Assembly: GCA_958296125.1 (NCBI GenBank)
Contig: OY282444.1
Location: 2,141,531 to 2,205,530 of the forward strand
Reading direction: 5' to 3'
Origin: an uncultured Poribacteria bacterium
GTDB lineage: Bacteria > Poribacteria > WGA-4E > PCPOR2b
DNA: 64,000 bases
The notes beneath the pieces are model-generated. The model was given only the letters and a program-made list of their open reading frames with translations. It ran no database searches and was not told the DNA's origin. Every line of letters begins with the position of its first letter. The stretch's first letter is position 1. Positions 61,558 to 64,000 of the stretch are shown one piece after another. The position numbers and the translations under genes were made by a program.

Positions 61558-62898
61558 TTAGAGTTGTTGGAAGGCATTCCGCACTTCGGACACCAATCTG
61601 TCGATATGTGCCTCCGTCATGGGGAGCGATACATTTCCACCGCTTGTCCAATAAATCCCGTGGTTCAGGAGCCAGAAAAAGAGATAATCCTGCAATAGCT
61701 TGTCATCTTGTGCGGCTTCGCGATAGTTTCGTGGAGCACGGGGCAAAAAGTGCACGCGGAAAAGCGAGCCGACGACAGTGACCTGAGCCTCAACCCCTAC
61801 CTCGGCAAACACAGATTCCAATCCTGCTCCCAATCGTTGCGCCAGCACACCGATTTTTTCGTATGCCGCCGGTGTCATTGTTTGGAGTGTAACGAGTCCG
61901 GCGACCATAGCGATGGGGTTCGCGTTGTAAGTTCCTGATTGGGGAATCTTCGCCCCAGAGGTGGGATCGTACAGTCCCATCACATCAGCGTGTCCACCGA
62001 AGGCAGCCCCCGGCGTTCCGCCTGCGATGACTTTTGCCATGCACGTTAAGTCGGGTCTCACGTCGTAGAGTTCTTGTGCACCGCCGCAGGAGGCTCTAAA
62101 ACTGATGATTTCATCAAAAATGAGCAGGGCATCTGCCTGCGTTGTAAATTCTCTCAGGCGGGTCAGGAAGCCATCGACTGGGAGGCAGGTGCCCGCACCT
62201 GTTGCCAGCGGATCTACGATGACAGCAGCCAGATCGTCCGCATTCTCATTGATAATTTCTGCACAAGCATCCGCGTCGTTAAACGGCAGCACCAGCACCT
62301 CTTCGAGAACAGCCGGTGAAAGCCCTGCTGTAGAGGGAATTGACCGAGGACGGTCAGCGGGCCCCAAGTCTGGTCCCAGCGGCGGAACGTAGCTAACCAG
62401 CGCGTATTCACCTACACCGTGGTATGCCCCCTCAAATCTAGCAATTTTACGTTTGCCGGTGAAAGCTCTAGCCACTCTCAGTGTGTTCAACACCGCCTCA
62501 GTGCCTGAGCTACAGAAGCGAATCTGTTCTAGGGAGGGCACTCGCTCCCGCAGCAGTTCTGCCATTTCGACCTCAAGGGCTGTTGGTCGAGAGAACGCTG
62601 TTCCTTTAGCCACACGGTCTTGAAGTGCTTCCACAATCGCAGGGTGAGCGTGGCCCAGAATCAAGGCTGTGTTGTTGTTGACAAAGTCTAACAAACGATG
62701 ACCATCTAAGTCGTAAAAATAGACACCTTCACCGCGCTCTACATAAATCGGAAAGGGATGCATATACGCGCCAGTACGGGTATTCCCCCCCGGCAACGAT
62801 TCCTGTGCCCGATCGAACATCTCCCGCGAGCGTGGATTGTTAGCCACATATTCCATGACCAAGCTATCCAGCGAATTTTGTAACGCTTGCTTATCCAT
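61558..62898 (-). CDS. Class III aminotransferase (glutamate-1-semialdehyde aminomutase-like)
   Basis: LPGGNTR, SGTEA, FEGAYHG, LIFDEII.FR, PDL..MAKVIAGG and GTYNANP. Confidence 0.85.
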   Translation of the reverse strand: MDKQALQNSLDSLVMEYVANNPRSREMFDRAQESLPGGNTRTGAYMHPFPIYVERGEGVYFYDLDGHRLLDFVNNNTALILGHAHPAIVEALQDRVAKGTAFSRPTALEVEMAELLRERVPSLEQIRFCSSGTEAVLNTLRVARAFTGKRKIARFEGAYHGVGEYALVSYVPPLGPDLGPADRPRSIPSTAGLSPAVLEEVLVLPFNDADACAEIINENADDLAAVIVDPLATGAGTCLPVDGFLTRLREFTTQADALLIFDEIISFRASCGGAQELYDVRPDLTCMAKVIAGGTPGAAFGGHADVMGLYDPTSGAKIPQSGTYNANPIAMVAGLVTLQTMTPAAYEKIGVLAQRLGAGLESVFAEVGVEAQVTVVGSLFRVHFLPRAPRNYREAAQDDKLLQDYLFFWLLNHGIYWTSGGNVSLPMTEAHIDRLVSEVRNAFQQL

Positions 62899-62927
62899 AT
62901 TACTCCCCTATTTTCTGCTGATTGTTG

Positions 62928-63377
62928 TTACGACTTCGTCGGTTGAAAAAGCTCCATCGTGATGCCATCCGGATCCGTCATATAAACCGCCCAAGCACCT
63001 TTATTCGCTCCTGCCCTAATCTCGACGGGCGGTGAGCGGAACTTCACACCTGCGGCGCACAATTCCTCATACGCTGCCGACAAGTCATCAACTAGAAACG
63101 CGATGTGTGAACTGCCCACATTTTTGGTCCGGACATCGGCGGAGACACCACGCGGGACGACGTACTCAATTAACTCGATAGCGTGGGTGGAACCGGGAAC
63201 ACTCAACATTGCCATCTTCGCGACGCTATCGGGATAGCCCACAATATCGCGAAAGTATTGGTCGCGGTTCTCGCGCTGCCAAATTACCTCGCAACCGAGC
63301 AATCCAACATAGAACTCAAGCGAGCGTTCGAGGTTAGAAACAGTGTAACTGGTGTGGTGCGCGCCGGTAATTTTCAT
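62928..63377 (-). CDS. VOC/glyoxalase family protein
   Basis: HH.S.TVSNLERSL.FY, IELIEY, HIAF.V.D and DPDG..MEL. Confidence 0.9.
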   Translation of the reverse strand: MKITGAHHTSYTVSNLERSLEFYVGLLGCEVIWQRENRDQYFRDIVGYPDSVAKMAMLSVPGSTHAIELIEYVVPRGVSADVRTKNVGSSHIAFLVDDLSAAYEELCAAGVKFRSPPVEIRAGANKGAWAVYMTDPDGITMELFQPTKS

Positions 63378-63789
63378 GCCGTCTCCTCAAGGTTGTATGT
63401 TATTGGATAACTGATGTTTTCACTATCTCCGGGCATTTTACCAAAAATTCGACATGCTGTCAATTAAGAATGTTGTTTCAGTCCCCTATAAATCGTGCTA
63501 TAATTTTCAAGTCACAGTATGGATGACTACCTGTGCGCCCTCCTGCAAGGAAAAATGTCAACGACCGTGAAACAATGGTTGAAGAGCAAATTCGGGGAAA
63601 GCTTGCCGCAATGCTGCTGGGTTAAATGCCAATAGTAGTAACCTTTGGTGCGAGCTGGTGAGGATAATGAACCAATGACCATTTACGCATCACGTTTCAC
63701 TCTAACGAATGGTGGCTGTTAATCCTTAGCCCCTAAATTCCGTCTCAGTATATACACAGAGGTAAACGCAAAAGATAAGGGGGAATTCA

Positions 63790-64000
63790 ATGCAAATCAT
63801 ACAAAGCTTGCTCATTGGGTTGGCTGCCCTGAGACGGAATAAACTCAGGTCCCTGCTGACGATGCTCGGTATCATCATCGGCATTTCTGCGGTTGTCGGC
63901 ATGGTTTCAATTGGTGATGGGGCAAAGTTTTTAGTCTTAGCGGAATTTGAACGGATGGGTGGATCGGATTTAATCATTTGTTTCCGACCGAGATGGATCC
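63790..64000 (+). CDS. MacB-like ABC transporter permease (5' partial)
   Basis: MQIIQSLLIGLAALRRNKLRSLLTMLGIIIGISAVVGMVSIGDG; runs off the end of the window. Confidence 0.85.
   Translation, partial: MQIIQSLLIGLAALRRNKLRSLLTMLGIIIGISAVVGMVSIGDGAKFLVLAEFERMGGSDLIICFRPRWI

Noticed and set aside
61558-62898. hemL assignment
   Set aside because: It lacks the PGGVNSPVR signature (has PGGNTR) and a heme-gene context; left as a class III aminotransferase.
407-63977. Numerous short overlapping or antisense ORFs in the six-frame track (e.g. 12993-13544, 25721-26209, 34856-35485, 51354-51899, 63726-63977)
   Set aside because: Shadow ORFs opposite or within well-supported genes, with no motifs or RBS support.
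1-64000. CRISPR array, prophage or integrase at tRNA-Pro
   Set aside because: No regularly spaced repeats, cas genes, phage structural genes or integrase were seen; the tRNA is flanked by metabolic genes.

Overview
Bacterial chromosomal window of roughly 50% GC. It is most likely from a Candidatus Poribacteria-type organism (inference): the partial ORF at 1-72 ends in the AVEPxxxKLxTTWGKLK tail I associate with Poribacteria secreted proteins, and sulfatase, enolase-superfamily, NHL and TPR genes are present. Metabolic and housekeeping content: sulfatase-like hydrolase, ComA-like protein, malate synthase G, AhbD/NirJ-like radical SAM, cold-shock protein, aapJQMP amino-acid ABC transporter, RqcH, a xanthine-dehydrogenase-family trimer, sarcosine oxidase soxBDAG, tRNA-Pro, hom-thrC-lysC, and yceD-rpmF-fabH-fabD-fabG-acpP-fabF (no plsX). 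Accessory content: (1) a C5-MTase/endonuclease pair inside the aap operon; (2) a complete tnpB-only IS200/IS605 element (18719-20144) with a 53-bp single-hairpin mini-derivative behind the cold-shock gene (11292-11344); (3) a defence-like island of PLD-nuclease/SNF2 helicase, N6-MTase with an AT-rich TRD, an MNT-like gene and a truncated HEPN gene; (4) an orphan BrxF-like P-loop protein; (5) three orphan genes including a divergent lytic transglycosylase; (6) several intergenic repeat families, one of which supplies stop codons, plus candidate structured RNAs. All calls come from motif reading only; no database searches were run.
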